Notes under the pieces: model-generated
Databases searched by the model: none
Told to the model about the DNA's origin: nothing
The model's input: the letters and a program-made list of their open reading frames with translations, nothing else
Program-made: the position numbers and the translations under genes
Source: Octopus vulgaris
Taxonomy: Eukaryota
DNA length: 64,000 nucleotides
Reading direction: 5' to 3'
NCBI GenBank assembly: GCA_951406725.2
Contig: OX597814.1
Coordinates: 188,480,001-188,544,000, forward strand
Shown: positions 26,705-41,255 of the stretch, piece by piece
Position numbering within the stretch: the stretch's first letter is position 1
How the letters are laid out: every line of letters begins with the position of its first letter

Positions 26705-27241
26705 GCGCCCTTCTCAAGCTTAGCCAGGCTCATGTGCCCGGTTTCCTGGTTTCTATGGCGTATGTGTTCCCCCACGCTGGACGGGACGCCAGTCCATCGC
26801 AGCGTTACTCAAGAAACAGGAAAAAAGAGTGAGAGAAAGTTTGGGCGAATGAGTACAACAGAGGTCACCATCACCCCCTGCGGGAACCACGTAGAGCTTT
26901 AGGTATTTTCGCTCAATAAACACACACAACGCCCGGTCTGGGAATCGAAACCACAATCCTCCGACCGCGAGTCCGTTGCCTCCGACCGCGAGTCCGCGCC
27001 CTTTTAAGGCCTAGCCAGGCTCATGGGCCCGGTTTCCCAGTTTCAATGGCGTATGAGTTCCCCAGCTGGACAGGACGCCAGTCTATAGCAGCGTTACTCA
27101 TTTTTGCCAGCTGAGTGGATTGGAGCAACGTGAAATGAAGTGTTTTGATCAAGAACACAACGCCTCGCCCGGTCCAGGAATCGAAACCACAATCTTACGA
27201 TCATGATGCTGACACCTTAACCACTAGCCCACGCGCCTCCA
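26705..27241 (-). mobile_element. Two adjacent tRNA-SINEs (D/C chimera then family C)
   Basis: Both end in gcgccctt...ctagccaggctcatg; heads ...cgaccgcgagtccg and ...ccactagcccacgcgcctcca. Confidence 0.8.
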
Positions 27242-27674
27242 CGATAAAGTTAAGTACCAAGTAATTGCTAAAGTCGATATAATCAACTTTATTTTCCCCG
27301 AAAGTTGAGGCCTTATGTCCGTGCTAGAAATCTATATAAAGCAGCGAGCTGGCAGGGCTGTTTGCACGCCAGGCAAAATGCTCAGCTCAACTGATATTTA
27401 TTTCATCTACCTCGAAAGGATGAGAGGCCAAATCGACCTCGGCAGCATTTGAACTCAGAAGGTAAAACAGACGAAATTCCACTAAGTACTTTGTCTGGCT
27501 TGTGCTAACGATTTTGCCAGCTCGTCTCTTTAAATAATTGTTTCTAGTATAGATATAATGCCTGAAATTTTGTGGGGAGAAAATAACCGATTACATCGAC
27601 CTCAGTGCTCAACTGATACTTATTAACTGGGGTCGTTGTAATCGACTAGCCTCTTCCCCAAAATTTTAGGTCTG

Positions 27675-28014
27675 ATCGACCCCAGTACGCAACTGGCACT
27701 TAATTTATCGACTCCAAAAGGATGAAGGGCAAAGTCGACCTCGGTAGAATTTGAACTTAGAATGTAAAGACAGACGAAATACCTATTTCTTTACTACCCA
27801 CAAGGGGCTAAACACAGAGAGGACAAACAAGGACAGACAAACGAATTAAGTCGATTACATCGACCAGTGCGTAACTGGTACTTAATTTATCGACCCCCAA
27901 AAGGATGAAAGGCAAAGTCGACCTCGGCGGAATTTGAACACAGAACGTAGCGGTAGACAAAATAACGCTAAGCATTTCGCCCGGCGTGCTAACGATTCTG
28001 CCAGCTCGCCGCCT
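27675..28014 (-). mobile_element. SINE family B, partial dimer
   Basis: Same unit junction as 13412-13829. Confidence 0.8.
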
Positions 28015-29215
28015 TTGATAAAAATATTTGATAAAATATACATCATGGAAACAATTGAATTCACAACACCGGCCTAATAATTTTAGCAATCACAAAAGGG
28101 ATATCCAGTATTGCCCTTGAAATATAGCAAGCAGCTGGTAGTGAAATTTATTGAATGAAAATCAGCGTAAATCTGCATAAATTTATAATATGAAACTGAA
28201 TGTTTATATTATTTGTCATAGATATACACATAATCTTTCACTTCTCAAAATGTTGCTTGTTTTTCAAAAAAAAAAAAAAGCACCAATCCCAAGAAACTTG
28301 CTATTACAGGAATTAATATAATGACATTCTTGTCGTGACAACTCAGTCAATACAAAGGTATATATTTCTTTACAGTTTTTTTTTTAAGTATATATTTCTT
28401 TACATCAGTCAATATATGTATATATAAATTCCGCCGAGGTCGACTTTGCTCTCCATCCTTTCAGGATCGATTAAATAAGTACCAGTTACGCACTGGGGTC
28501 AATGTAATCGACTTAGTCTCTTTGTCTGTCCTCTCTATGTTTAGCCCCTTGTTGGCAATAAAGAATTAAATGTATATAAAAAAGAAACTGATAAAAACAA
28601 AATAAAATTTTGTTAATTATTTTTTATGAGAAATCAGAAGACTTTCCCCTCTGGCTGAGAGCGTAAGAACGTCGCTTTGTAACTCTGTATTTTCTGAATT
28701 ACTCGACACATTCATAACAATCGTTAAAACAATCAGATTATTTAAGGTAAGATTGTGAATAATATTATTTCTCATATCTAAATATAGAAAAAATATACAA
28801 AAATACAGTAATTTACGCGTAAATTAGTGCGTGTGTTGGTAATTGTTGTAATAACCCTCCTGCGATACAAGATATATATCATCACAAAGTTCAAATTAAG
28901 AATCTTGCAAATCAAATACAAAACGAGGTTATACTTTTCTTTACTTATATACGTATAATGTTGGAAAGGAAGTCCTGTAGATTTCATGATGGGCAAGAAA
29001 GAAATGCTTGTTTGGTCTTAATTGATATATTTAATCAAGATAATATTTACCATCCATTATTGATAACTCTATCTATTTGGCAAATTGTTGATCTTTTGGG
29101 TATGAAATACTTCAGATTTTTTGGCAAAGAAACACTCAATATCAGTTTTAATCTTTTTGTAATTAATAAGTTACTTTCGCTCAAACTAATGTTGCAATGA
29201 TTTGTAAAAATGATA

Positions 29216-29625
29216 GGGCGCAGGAATGGCTGTGTGGTAAGTAGCTTGCTTACCAGCCACATGGTTCCGGGTTCAGTCCCACTGCGTGGCACCTTGGGCA
29301 AGTGTCTTCTACTATAGCCTCGGGCCGACCAAAGCCTTGTGAGTGGATTTGGTAGACGTAAACTGAAAGAAGCTCGTCGTATATATGTATATATATATAT
29401 GTGTGTGTGTGTGTATGTGTGTGTGTCTGTGTTTGTCCCCTTAGCATTGCTTGACAACCGATATTGGTGGGTTTATGTCCGCGTAACTTAGCGGTTCGGC
29501 AAAAGAGACCGATAGAATACTGGGTTTACAAAGAATAAGTCCTGGGGTCGATTTGCTCAACTAAAGGCGGTGCTCCAGCATGGCCGCAGTCAACTGACTG
29601 AAACAAGTCAAAGAGTAAAAGAGGG
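29216..29625 (+). mobile_element. SINE family A
   Basis: Full head to tail. Confidence 0.9.
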
Positions 29626-29873
29626 AGTAAGAGCAAGAGTAAGGAGGACGTGGCAAAACTTTCATATTTGGTGTCTTAATCTTTTTCTAAGTGATTTAGA
29701 CAATATATATAACCATGCGCTATTGTGTAAAAGTAACATCTCTTTACTACTGACCAATGACGGGCGCTTTTTCTGCAAATTTTTGTGCAGTGCTTTCAAT
29801 TAACGACACTACTTCTACACATTTACTGTTTCATTTTGTTTGAACACGTCACGATAAACAACACCCTTTACAT

Positions 29874-30103
29874 ACCTATTTCTTTACTACTCACAAGGGG
29901 CTAAACACAGAGAGGACAAACAAGGACAGACAAATGGATTAAGTCGATTATATCGGCCCCAGTGCATAACTGGCACTTATCTAATTGACCCCGAAAGGAT
30001 GAAAAGCAAAGTCGACCTCGGTGGAATTTGAACTCAGAACGCAGCGGTAGACGAAATACGGCTACGCATTTCGCCCGGCGTGCTAACGTTTCTGCCAGCT
30101 CGC
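29874..30103 (-). mobile_element. SINE family B
   Basis: Matches family B. Confidence 0.85.
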
Positions 30104-30331
30104 AGCCAGTCTTGCACTTGTCTTCGAAAAACGAAAAATATTTTCTTACTTAACCACAAAGTTTTGAGAAACATTTTGAGGACAGTACCGGACGATACAA
30201 ATAAAATATATAGGGGGTTTAGAGGTACCGGTCTCTCATCTCTTTTAACAATTCTTCTTGCAAATTTTAATTCTTCTTCATCTATGTGAAAGCAAAAGAA
30301 ATAGGGGTGATATTTGCATTTTTATGTTTTA

Positions 30332-30728
30332 CTCGCAGTATCGCCCTTTGTTGCTCGGGTTTGTAAGGGAAATAACTATATAAGCATTTTTAGAGAGTTA
30401 TAGCCAAAAAATAGCAGAAAAATGCATTAAAAATGGAAAACAAATGATGGTATTTTTTTTTTTAAATCGTTGACTCATCGTAGACATTTTTAGAGAGTTA
30501 CTCCCCTTATATAATAGCGAAAAAATGCATTAAAATGGAAAAAAATTATGGTAAATTTTTTTTAAATCGTAGACTCATGGTAGACGCGCGCTAATACCCA
30601 AAAGGGCTCGATATGAATCACGACTATAAGATACCAGGTTTTGGTTAAACTGCACCGCAAAATGTGGGAGTAGTTGGGAATCTAAATCGTAGGAGACAGA
30701 CACACAACTTCACTTTTATATATAAAGA
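30332..30728 (-). mobile_element. Non-autonomous Helitron-type element, copy 2
   Basis: Reverse complement of 388-784; terminal CTAG mutated to CGAG. Confidence 0.8.
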
Positions 30729-31263
30729 TTTATTTCGTATAGTTGTTATTATTGTTGTTATTGTTGTTGTAGCTGCTGCTATCACTACTGCCACTGTTGC
30801 TGTCACTGCTGCTTATGTTGCTGTTGTTGTTCTCATTGTCGAAACCTAAAGTTTTAGATATTCCAGTTACCTCACTAAGTTTAGTCCATTCGATGTTAAT
30901 ATTCTCATTTCTTTCCTTGTTCTCAAATGTTTTCAAGGAGCGCGTTCCTTTATCGAACATTTTGATGGCTTCTTTATCAGCCATCTTTACAAACATTGCA
31001 GAAAATTGCGAAATATCTGTTTTTGCCGAAAGCAGTTCAAATTCAAAAATTATTTATGCGCACCCCTGCAAAACAGGGGGGTGTTTCTACACAAAAATAC
31101 TATCTGCACAATCCAGGCAATCTCCGAAATGTAATGATAACAAAAGAGATGAAAAGACGGGGCCTTAGAAGGTCGAAAAGTTTACAAATACTTTTTCAAC
31201 TTACGGAGCACGAAATTTCCGTGACTTCACAGTATGGCGGCCATGATAATAATAATAATAATG

Positions 31264-31309
<46 letters not shown>

Positions 31310-31310
<1 letters not shown>

Positions 31311-31660
31311 TGAGAAAATGTGGCATCTCAAGGCGGTTACAATACCAGTGATCGTAGGAGCACTAAGAATGATCAAGAATGGAACCGAAAATTATATGAG
31401 AATGATCCCTGGCTTACCATCCCTGCAAGAAGTGCAAAAGATTGTCTTAACTGGTACATCACACGTATTGAGAAGAGCATTGTCGATGTGAGAACTATTA
31501 CTACCCATGTATTTTAATTTAACTTTAAAAAAAAAATGAACGAACTATTGAGTTTAGTTTAATGGCCTACCAATGTATACTATGAGTTTCTTTGCCCTAG
31601 GAGTCGGGAAGACACTCAGCAAGAAATGGAAGCAAATTTGAAAGAAGAAAAAAAAAAATA
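31310..31660 (+). mobile_element. 5'-truncated R4/Dong-clade LINE: RLE-domain C-terminus plus 3' UTR, inserted in (AAT)n
   Basis: EKMWHLKAVTIPVIVGALRMIKNGTENYMRMIPGLPSLQEVQKIVLTGTSHVLRRALSM* matches the restriction-like endonuclease tail (PV.VGALG...QK..L.GT..LRR); (AAT)n on both sides. Confidence 0.8.
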
Positions 31661-31662
31661 AT

Positions 31663-33066
31663 AATGCCCTGATGCAGTACCATACAGTATGCCCTGATGC
31701 CGTACTAGACAGTGGCTCTCATGGCTTCTGATCTTATCTGACTGGAAGTGTTATCATGTATATTATTTTGTCTTGGTATAAAAGATGGGCTACAGCAAAT
31801 ATTGTGTTCAACATGCCCTGATGCAGTACGAGACAGTGGCTCTCATGACTTCTGATCTTAACTGAAATATGATGTGCATTGTTTTGTCTTAGTGTAAACG
31901 ATGGGTTAAAGTAAATATTCTGCTCAATACCACAGATTTGCTTGTCAGTTGTTTGACCTTAACAAGTTGAGCATGTCCCTTAGTGGCTGACGATATGTGC
32001 ATCTCTGATCACGAGCAGTAGTAGTGGGGGAGCATCATAGCCATGTGTTGAGAGGGATTATGTGGAGTTTGAATAATTCACCTCTGGAAACATGGGTGGT
32101 TTTTTCAACATCCTTAAACAACCCTTATTCAGGGACCTTTTAAGCGGGATGGGCTACTCAACCTGAAGAAAATTCTAACTGGGCCCCATCTGCAAGATCA
32201 TGTGCTATTTATCTTGATATGAGATCACCATGTCGCGCACATATGGTTGTGATGCATGTGCCTGGTGTACCCTTATCAGACGGGTAGTCATGATGGGTAT
32301 ATTGGGCTTCGTATATTTTACCCCAGTGTCACTTTGATGGCATGAACTGCTCTCTCACTCAATAATAATAATAATAATAACGCCCTGATGCAGTACCATA
32401 CAGTATGCCCTGATGCAGTACCAGACAGTGGTTCTCATGGCTTCTGATCTTATCTGACTGGAAGTGTTATCATGTGCATTGCTTTGTCTTGGTATAAAAG
32501 ATGGGCTACAGCAAATATTGTGTTCAACATGCCCTGATGTAGTACGAGACAGTGGCTCTCATGACTTCTGATCTTAACTGAAATATGATGTGCATTGTTT
32601 TGTCTTAGTGTAAAAGATGGGTTAAAGTAAATATTCTGCTCAATGCCACAGATTTGCTTATCAGTTGTTTGACCATAACTAATTGAGCATGTCCCTTAGT
32701 GGCTGATGATATATGCATCTCTGATCATGAGCAGAAGTAATGGGGGAGCATCGTAACCATGTGTTGAGAGGAATTCTTTGGAGTTTGGATAATTCGCCTC
32801 TGGAAACATGGGGTTTTTATTCAACATCCTTAAACAACCCTTATACCTTTTGAGGCGGGGATGGGCTACTCAACCAGAAGAAAATTCTAACTGGGCCCCA
32901 TCTGCAAGGTCATACGCTTTTTATCTTGATATGAGATCACCATGTCGTGTACATACGGTTGTGATGCATGTGCCTGTTATACCCTTACCAGACGGGTAGT
33001 CATGATGGGTATACTGGGCTTCGTATATTCTACCCCAGTGTCACTTTAATGACATGCATTGCTCAA
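31663..33066 (+). mobile_element. Two tandem about 700-bp non-coding elements (family F) delimited by (AAT)n
   Basis: 31663-32361 and 32381-33066 start (at)gccctgatgcagtacc and end ...ctcaataat; third copy at 63156-63708(-). Confidence 0.8.
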
Positions 33067-34008
33067 TAATCAGTTCGGTTCGTTCGACTATAATTCTTTA
33101 AGGCAGTGCCCCAGCATGGCCGCAGTGCACTGGCTGAAACAAGCAAAAGATAAAAGAAAGATAACATTTTAATAATAGAATAATAATTTTCTTTTATAGG
33201 CACAAGGCCTGAAATTTGAAGGGAGGGGGAATACATAGTAATAAATACGTATGCGTCACTTCTTTCCATTTTCCCTTCCATAAATATCTGAGACTTCATG
33301 CATATATTATAGAGATCATTAAATTCATTATTTTTGTAGTATTTACCTCCCACCCTCTTTCTCCCTCTTTTTCCTCCATACAATGTTTATTTAAAATTTC
33401 TTTATAGATCATCATCATCATCTATTTTTCAATTCTATAATGATAACATTTTCCCAATTATATTGGGTGTGAGTTCGGTTGTTTATTGCTATGATCGCCT
33501 ATGTGTTTGTTTGTGAGCAGAACAGGGGTTGAATAAATTAACTTATTGGTTCTGGTAACGCTTGAAAAAAATGACCTTGATGACCCAATAGCAGTTTAAT
33601 AGTATTAATGTTATTATTTTGTCATCTGATTCTTTTAATGTTATCTTTGACAGAGAGCCTTCCGTTGTTGTTCCATAGCAAGATATATCAATTACATTTT
33701 ATTTCATTACTCCTTCTCTGTGTTGTCTTTTATGTTCCGTTCTAATTCTGTTTTATTGATCAGGCCTAAGTGATTTCGTACTCTAAAAGAGTACATCCAG
33801 TCCACTGGCTTTCAACATTCCACTTCATTCGTACATAATTTCCGCACACCTCTTAACACTGGAGTGTGTGATCTTCCATACATTATTAATATCATCATCA
33901 TCATCGTCATCAAAGTTATATATATTTATATATACACATACATACATATATCTATATGGGTGTGTATTGTTGTTGTTGTTGTTGTTGTTATTATTGTTAT
34001 TACTATTA

Positions 34009-34070
<62 letters not shown>

Positions 34071-34071
<1 letters not shown>

Positions 34072-34620
34072 GCTGGCAGAATCGTTAGCACGCCGGGCGA
34101 AATGCGTAGCCGTATTTCGTCTGCCGTTACATTCTGAGTTCAAATTCCGCCGAGGTCGACTTTGCCTTTCATACTTTCGGGGTCGATAGATTAAGTACCA
34201 GTTACGCACTGGGGTCGATGTAATCGACTTAATCCGTTTGTCTGTCTTTATTTGTCTCCTCTGTGTTTAGCCCCCTGTGGGTAGTAAAGAAATAGGTATT
34301 TCGTCTGCCGTTAGGTTCTGAGTTCAAATTCCGCCGAGGTCGACTTTGCCTTTCATCTTTTCGGAGTCGATTAAATAAGTACCAGTTACGCACTGGGGTC
34401 GATGTAATCGACTTAATCCGTTTGTCTGTCCTTGTTTGTCCTCTCTGTGTTTATCTCCTTGTGGGTAGTAAAGAAATACGTATTTCGCCCGGCGCTACGT
34501 TCTGGGCTCAAATTTCGCTTAGGTCGACTTTGACTTTCATCCCTTCGGCGTCGATAAAATAGGTACCAGTGGAACACTGGGGTCGATGTGATCGACTCAT
34601 CCCCTCCCCTAAAACTGCTG
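34071..34620 (+). mobile_element. SINE family B multimer (about 3 units)
   Basis: Repeated aagaaata(g/c)gtatttcg junctions. Confidence 0.85.
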
Positions 34621-34643
34621 CCCTTGTGGAAAAATTTGAAACA

Positions 34644-34792
<149 letters not shown>

Positions 34793-35152
34793 ATAGAAAT
34801 CATCATCAACGTTATTTTTAGTATTATTAAAATAAATATCAACTAGCGCCACCGTCAACTTCAACAAACGAAACAGTAACGACCAGCGAACAGCAGAGAT
34901 TCTAAATCTCGTCTTAAATTCCTTAAAAAGACGTGTTGATCATAGAATACCTCAGATTACAGGTGCCCACGTACCAGGATGACTAGGTTATGCGGTGACA
35001 ACAACATTTACTGCAAAAATGCTAGAAGATAAAGGAGGCTTTATGAAAAAGGGCGGGCAACACATTATACGACCAAGATCACGTAGCCCTTAACAAAGTT
35101 AAAATATACTGTACCATGAGAAGGAATATTATATAGATATGCATTGAAAGGG

Positions 35153-35584
35153 TGGAGGCGCGTGGCTTAGTGGTTAGGGTGTCATCACTATGATCGTAAG
35201 ATTGTGGTTTCGATTCCTGGACCGGGTGACCGGCCCCCATATCTACGGTGTTCGCCGCTGGAATAAGGAGTGGTTGGAGATCACCCGTTTGTTAGCCTCA
35301 AATCGCCAGCCCTGGCGGTGCTTGTGAGAGATGCAGCATTGAGGATGAATAAATCAGCTCAACCCACCCCGGGTGAATGCTGTCTCAAGTCAAGTCAAGA
35401 CCGGGTGACGCGTTGTGGTCTTGACCAAAGCACTTCATTTCACGTTGCTCCAGTCCAATCAGCTGGCAAAAATGAGTAACGCTGCGATGGACTGGCGTCC
35501 CGTCCAGCTGGGGAACGCCATAGAAACCAGGAAACCGGGCCCATGAACCTGGCTAGGCTTTGAAAGGGCGCATTTATTTTATTT
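35153..35584 (+). mobile_element. tRNA-SINE family C with TSD tatgcattgaaagg and a nested insertion
   Basis: tRNA head, ctgcgatggactggcgtcccgtccag segment; nested 35231-35399 ends (tcaag)3 with TSD gaccgggtgac. Confidence 0.85.
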
Positions 35585-36049
35585 ATGCATTGAAAGGAAG
35601 GCTAAGAGGAACGAAAATTCATTCCTTGTATAGGCAACTGAGTGCCATATGATACATAAGAAGATAAAGAAGGAATGAGACAAAAGGTGGCTTTGTGTAA
35701 CAATGAGGTAGAAGCAAAGAAAATATGCATCCACGACGTTTTGTATCCTCTTCCCGCACACATCGCAGGACACATTCCTGAAGTGACACTAGGTGAAGTT
35801 TCGCCAGATATAGATACAACCATTTTCGTGACATTCATAAAAATAAAGATATGCGCTGATCACAGACCACGGGTTGGTATCCAATCGAAAATAGTCGGAG
35901 ATAAATATAGAACTTCAGAGATTGAGGAGTCCTCAAAAGTTGGAAAAAGATTCAGGGATTGAGGATTCCTCAAATGTTGGATCAGAGATTGAGGATTCCT
36001 TAAAAGTTGGAAAAATCCTCGATTCAAACCCTCTTGAAAAGTATTATCT

Positions 36050-36281
36050 GTTTCTTTATTACCCACAAGGGGCTAAGCACAGAGAGGGGACAAACAAAGA
36101 CAGACAAACAAATTAAGTCGATTACATCGACCTCAGTGCGTAACTGGTACTTAATTTATCGACCCCGAAAGGATGAAAGGCAAAGTCGACCTCGGCGGAA
36201 TCAGAACTCAGAACGTAACGGGAGACGAAATACGGCTACGCATTTCGCCCGGCGTGCTAACGTTTCTGCCAGCTCGCCGCC
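36050..36281 (-). mobile_element. SINE family B with TSD cttgaaaagtattatc
   Basis: Direct repeat on both flanks. Confidence 0.9.
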
Positions 36282-36539
36282 TTGAAAAGTATTATCGCCT
36301 GATGTTCGAGACTACATTTAACCACATGAGTATAACAATACTTTCGCTACTCGTAGAAGGGCATGTTGCGCCGTGAAGAATGTCTACCAGCTGCCAACAC
36401 TCAGTGTGCTGAGAGCTGGAGATGAAATATTTAATAATGTTACGCAGACACTAATTTTATAGCGTTACAAATTTCTGGATTATGAAGCATGTATGATTGT
36501 CGTTTTTTAAACAAATCTTTCTTCTCTGTTTTTTTCTTT

Positions 36540-36762
36540 TTTTTCTTGTTTCAGTCATGTGACTGTGGCCATGCTTGAGCACTGCATTTAGTCGAGCAAA
36601 TCGACCCCAGGACTTATTCTTTGTAAGCCTAGTACTTATTCTATCGGTCCCTTTTGTGCCGAACCGCTAAGTTACGGGGACATAAACACACCATCATCGA
36701 TTGTCAAGCGATGTTGGGGGGGACAAACACAGACACACAAACATATACACATAGATACATAC

Positions 36763-36829
<67 letters not shown>

Positions 36830-37840
36830 CATATCTTCGACGGGAATCTTTCAGTTTCCGTCGACCATATCCAATCACAGGGCTTTGGTCGGCCCGAGGC
36901 TAGAGTAGAAGACACTTGCCCAAGGTGCCACGCAGTGGGAATGAACCCGGAACCATGTGGTTGGTAAGCAAGTTTCTTACCACACAGCCACTCCTGCGCC
37001 TATATATATATACATGCATATATACGACGAGCTTCTTTCAGTTTCCGTCTACCAAATCCACTCACAAGGCTTTGGTCGGCCCGAGGCTATAGTAGTAGAC
37101 ACTTGCCCAAGGAGCCGCGCAGTGGGACTGAACCCGGAACCATGTGGTTCGTAAAACAAATCTTTGAAATTACATGCATATCCTAATTTTTTCCTTGTGT
37201 ATATATAAGAAAAGTATGATTATTCCTCATATTCTACAATTAGTACTGTAGACGACAATCAGTAGAGAGCTGGGAGGAAATACTGGGTAGTATTTAGTTA
37301 CCTCCTTATTTGAAACCCTACTAAGCTTAATTTTATCTTTCTTCCGTCTGTATTTGAAGAATAGCATAGCTCACTCGAAATTTTGATCGAAGAAACAAAT
37401 TACGTGTGGTTAATTTTGAATTTCCTATTTCAGAGGATTGTAAAGTTACTAGACAAGTTATAGGATGAATTAACTTGCCCAAGGTGCCACGCAGTGGGAA
37501 TGAACCCGGAACCATGTGGTTGGTAAGCAAGTTTCTTACCACACAGCCACTCCTGCGTCTATATATATACATGCATATATACGACGGGCTTCTTTCAGTT
37601 TCCGTCTACCAAATCCACTCACAAGGCTTTGGTCGGCCCGAGGCTAGAGTAGAAGACACTTGCCCAAGGTGCCACGCAGTGGGAATGAACCCGGAACAAT
37701 GCGGTTGGTAAGCAAGTTTCTTACCACACAGTCATTCCTGTGCCTATATATATATACATGCATATATACGACGGGCTATATATATACATGCATATATACG
37801 ACGGGTTTCTTTCAGTTTCCGTCTACCAAATCCACTCACA
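36540..37840 (-). mobile_element. SINE family A cluster with tandemly reiterated head units
   Basis: About 185-bp head unit repeated at about 36835, 37020, 37475, 37580, 37800; unique spacer 37150-37474. Confidence 0.8.
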
Positions 37841-37948
37841 ATATCTGCAGAAGGTATGTGGTCTTGTGGAATCGTGCTGAAATTAGAAGTCTTTACTGTT
37901 ATTTGTTATCGGTATGAGGGTAAAACTGTCATTATTATCATTGTAACA

Positions 37949-38813
37949 GGGCGAAATGCTTAGCGGTATTTCGTCTGCCGCTACGTTCTGAGTTCAAATT
38001 CCGCCGAGGTCGACTTTGCCTTTCATCTTTTTGGGGTCGATAGATTAAGTACCAGTTACGCACTGGGATCGATGTAATCGACTTAATCCATTTGTCTATC
38101 CTTGTTTGTCTCCTCTGTGTTTAGCCCCTTGTAGGTAGTAAAGAAATAGGTATTTCGTCTGTCTTTATGTTCTGAGTTCAAATTCCGACGAGGTCGACTT
38201 TGCTTTCATACTTTCGGGGTCGATAAATTAAGTACCAGTTACGCACTGGGGTCGATGTAATCGACTAAATCCCTTTGTCTGTCCTTGTTTGTCCCCTCTA
38301 TGTTTAGCCCCTTGTGGGCAATAAAGAAATAAGAATCGTTAGCACGCCGGGCAAAATGGTTAGCGGCATTTCGTCCGTCCTTACGTTGTAAGTTCAAATT
38401 CCGTCGAGGTCGACTTTGCCTTTCATCCTTTCGGAGTCGGTAAAATAAGTACCAGTGAAACACTGGGGAGAGTCGATGTAATCGATTAGTCCCCTTCCCC
38501 ATAATTTCAGGCCTTGTGCCTTCATTAGATTATTAGTGTTTTAGTAGCTCATACCCCATCATCTTTCCTGAGATGATAAAATATATTTCTTTACTACCCA
38601 CAAGGGGCTAAACACAGACGGGACAAACAAGGACAGACAAACGGGTTAAGTCGATTACATCGACCCCAGTGCGTAACTGGTACTTAATTTATCGACCCCG
38701 AAAGGATGAAAGGCAAAGTCGACCTCGGCGGAATTTGAACTCAGAACGCAGCGGCGGACGAAATACCGTAATGCATTTCGCCTGGTGTGCTAACGTTTCT
38801 GCCAGCTCGCCAC
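37949..38813. mobile_element. SINE family B multimer (+, 37949-38520) and single copy (-, 38585-38813, TSD cctgagatgataaaata)
   Basis: Family B matches; 17-bp TSD. Confidence 0.85.
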
Positions 38814-40757
38814 CTGAGATGATAAAATAGAGTACCAGTCACGTACCGTGGATCAATATATTCAACTGTACCCCTCTAAATGTGGCCGTGTGCCAGTATT
38901 GAAGACTATACTATTATTATTGTTGTTGAATTAGTCATGCTACTGTTCTGAATTAAAATTTCGGTTCAAAGGAATTCAGTTGTCTGTGAGTTCATTTCAT
39001 CACGTTGGTTTCCCTTCACTGATCTTCTTTAATATTAAGGTGCATTTTACTAAAACCATTTACCAACATTAATAACATAAGGTTCAAAGAAAGATTTTTA
39101 TGCGTGTCTTTACTTGTGTGTCGGTCATGTCAGTTTCGCATCACTGACGTTTTAACATTAACCCGGGGGTCTACAAAGATGAACTACAACAAAATCGAAG
39201 TTCAAAGACACGAAATAAGAATGTATGTACGCAGATGTGTCTGTGGATGTACAAATATTAGTTGCAAATATTTATTTATTGCTTTTTAATGCATATAACG
39301 GTTACTAGGAAGAGTGTGATGAAGCAAGGCGAGAGTTATCCGTCGAATGTATTTCGATTTCCAGTCGAAGCTAATTCACTCAATTTAAGCAAATGATGTT
39401 TTTGAGAAAAGAATGAATATCGCACAATCTTATTGGGTTTTTTTACCCTTTTTTGTGGATAGGTTGTACTTGTACTCTCTTTCTCTCTTTTTACTCTTTT
39501 ACTTGTTTCAGTCATTTGACTGTGGCCATGCTGGAGCACCGCCTTTTAGTCGAGCAAATCGACACCAGAGCTTTTATCATTCTCAACAAAAAATGTTATA
39601 GGTAAGTTATGAAGATGTATGCACGCATTTATACATAAATATACTAGCACATTGTTATATTGCCACAAGAGAATAGAAGTGACAGCAACGAAAATCCAGT
39701 CACCAGCATTTTAGCACGTTGTCCTGACTACGTATGTCCAAGGGTCATCAGATACATCGTAGAAAAATCGCTTTAGTTTAATCCAAATCAGCTCTGATTG
39801 AACAAACCTTATGATTAAAGGCACCACGATTGCAACCATACTCATGATCTACATTAAGCAGTGCCTTCTTCTTCTTCTTCTTCTTCTTCTTCTTCTTCTT
39901 CTTCTTCTTCCTTCTTCTTCTTCTTCTTCTTCTAAGCAGAAGAAGGATGAGGAGGAGGAAGAGGAGGAGGAGAAGAAGAAGAAGAAGAAGAAGAAGAAGA
40001 AGAAGAAGAAGAAGAAGAAGAAGAAGAAGAAGAAGAAGAAGAAGAAGAAGAAGAAATGTGTTTGAGAAACATTCGGCTACTATTTCTAGCAGATCGAACG
40101 ACCGCATGTAGGCTCTTTCTCATTGCTCGTATTGGGTGGAACGAGTGGTGACGGTTAGGTTGGATACGTTTCGTAGAATGGTGTCATATTTTGCGTTTAT
40201 TTTGATCCCTGTATTTCCCTCTCTTTTACTAATTGTCTGAAAGACAAGAAGATATTGTCGTGGCTTTGAAGATAGCATCAGTTACAGCACTAAAAGATTT
40301 GATAACATAGCTTTTAAGACATTATATCTTTTAACCCTAATTAAATTTCCATTCCATTCTACCAACTTTAATTACCAGTTCTGTAGTTATGTTACACTTA
40401 TGAATTACGCTTCCGATATAGCCCATGAACTTACTTAGTCACACTGATTATCTTACTAATTAGTTGAGATTAAATAGCAATAGTACAGTTGGTGATCGCG
40501 TGCTCTCTTGAACGACTGAGTTTTAATCAAAACAACATTGCTGATCTTTATGTTGACTGATATGCTTTCGATTCAAGACGGTGGATCAAACACACGTAAG
40601 ATATTAAGTCGCTATCAAAATCAGCAACTGAATTTTCGTGATAAAGAGTCGGCAAAAACAGCAGCCAAATCCCCCTCGTATCACAAACTGTAGCTTTAAT
40701 AAAAAACAAAAACAAACGAAAATCACATTAAATAATATAATCTTGCATGCACTATAT

Positions 40758-40963
40758 ACTCTTTTATTCTTTTACTTGTTTCAGACATTTGACTGCGGCT
40801 ATACTGGAGCACCGCTTTTAGTCGAGCAAATCGACCCCAGAGCTTATTCTTTGTAAGCCTAGTATTTATTATATCGGTTCTTTTTACGGGAACGTAAACA
40901 CACCAGCATCGGTTGTCAAGCGATGATGGGGAGGGGGAGACAAACATAGACACACAAATGTAT

Positions 40964-41028
<65 letters not shown>

Positions 41029-41223
41029 GACCTCGTGAAGACCACTTGCAATTTTTTTTCCCTCTGTCCACCCACCTCGGGATCTTTCTTTCTCCTATGT
41101 TTCAGACGAAGAGCTCCGCTCGAAACGTCATACCCTCCTTCTTCCCTTCTTTCCTGAGTGCCCAATAATACTTTATTTGTTCCCCATCCTCGCGTTGTTG
41201 TCTTTTTGTTTTCTTGTTTGGAT

Positions 41224-41255
<32 letters not shown>

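Noticed and set aside
31985-32095. CUGACGA inside family F
   Set aside because: No correctly placed stem II-GAAA-UH.
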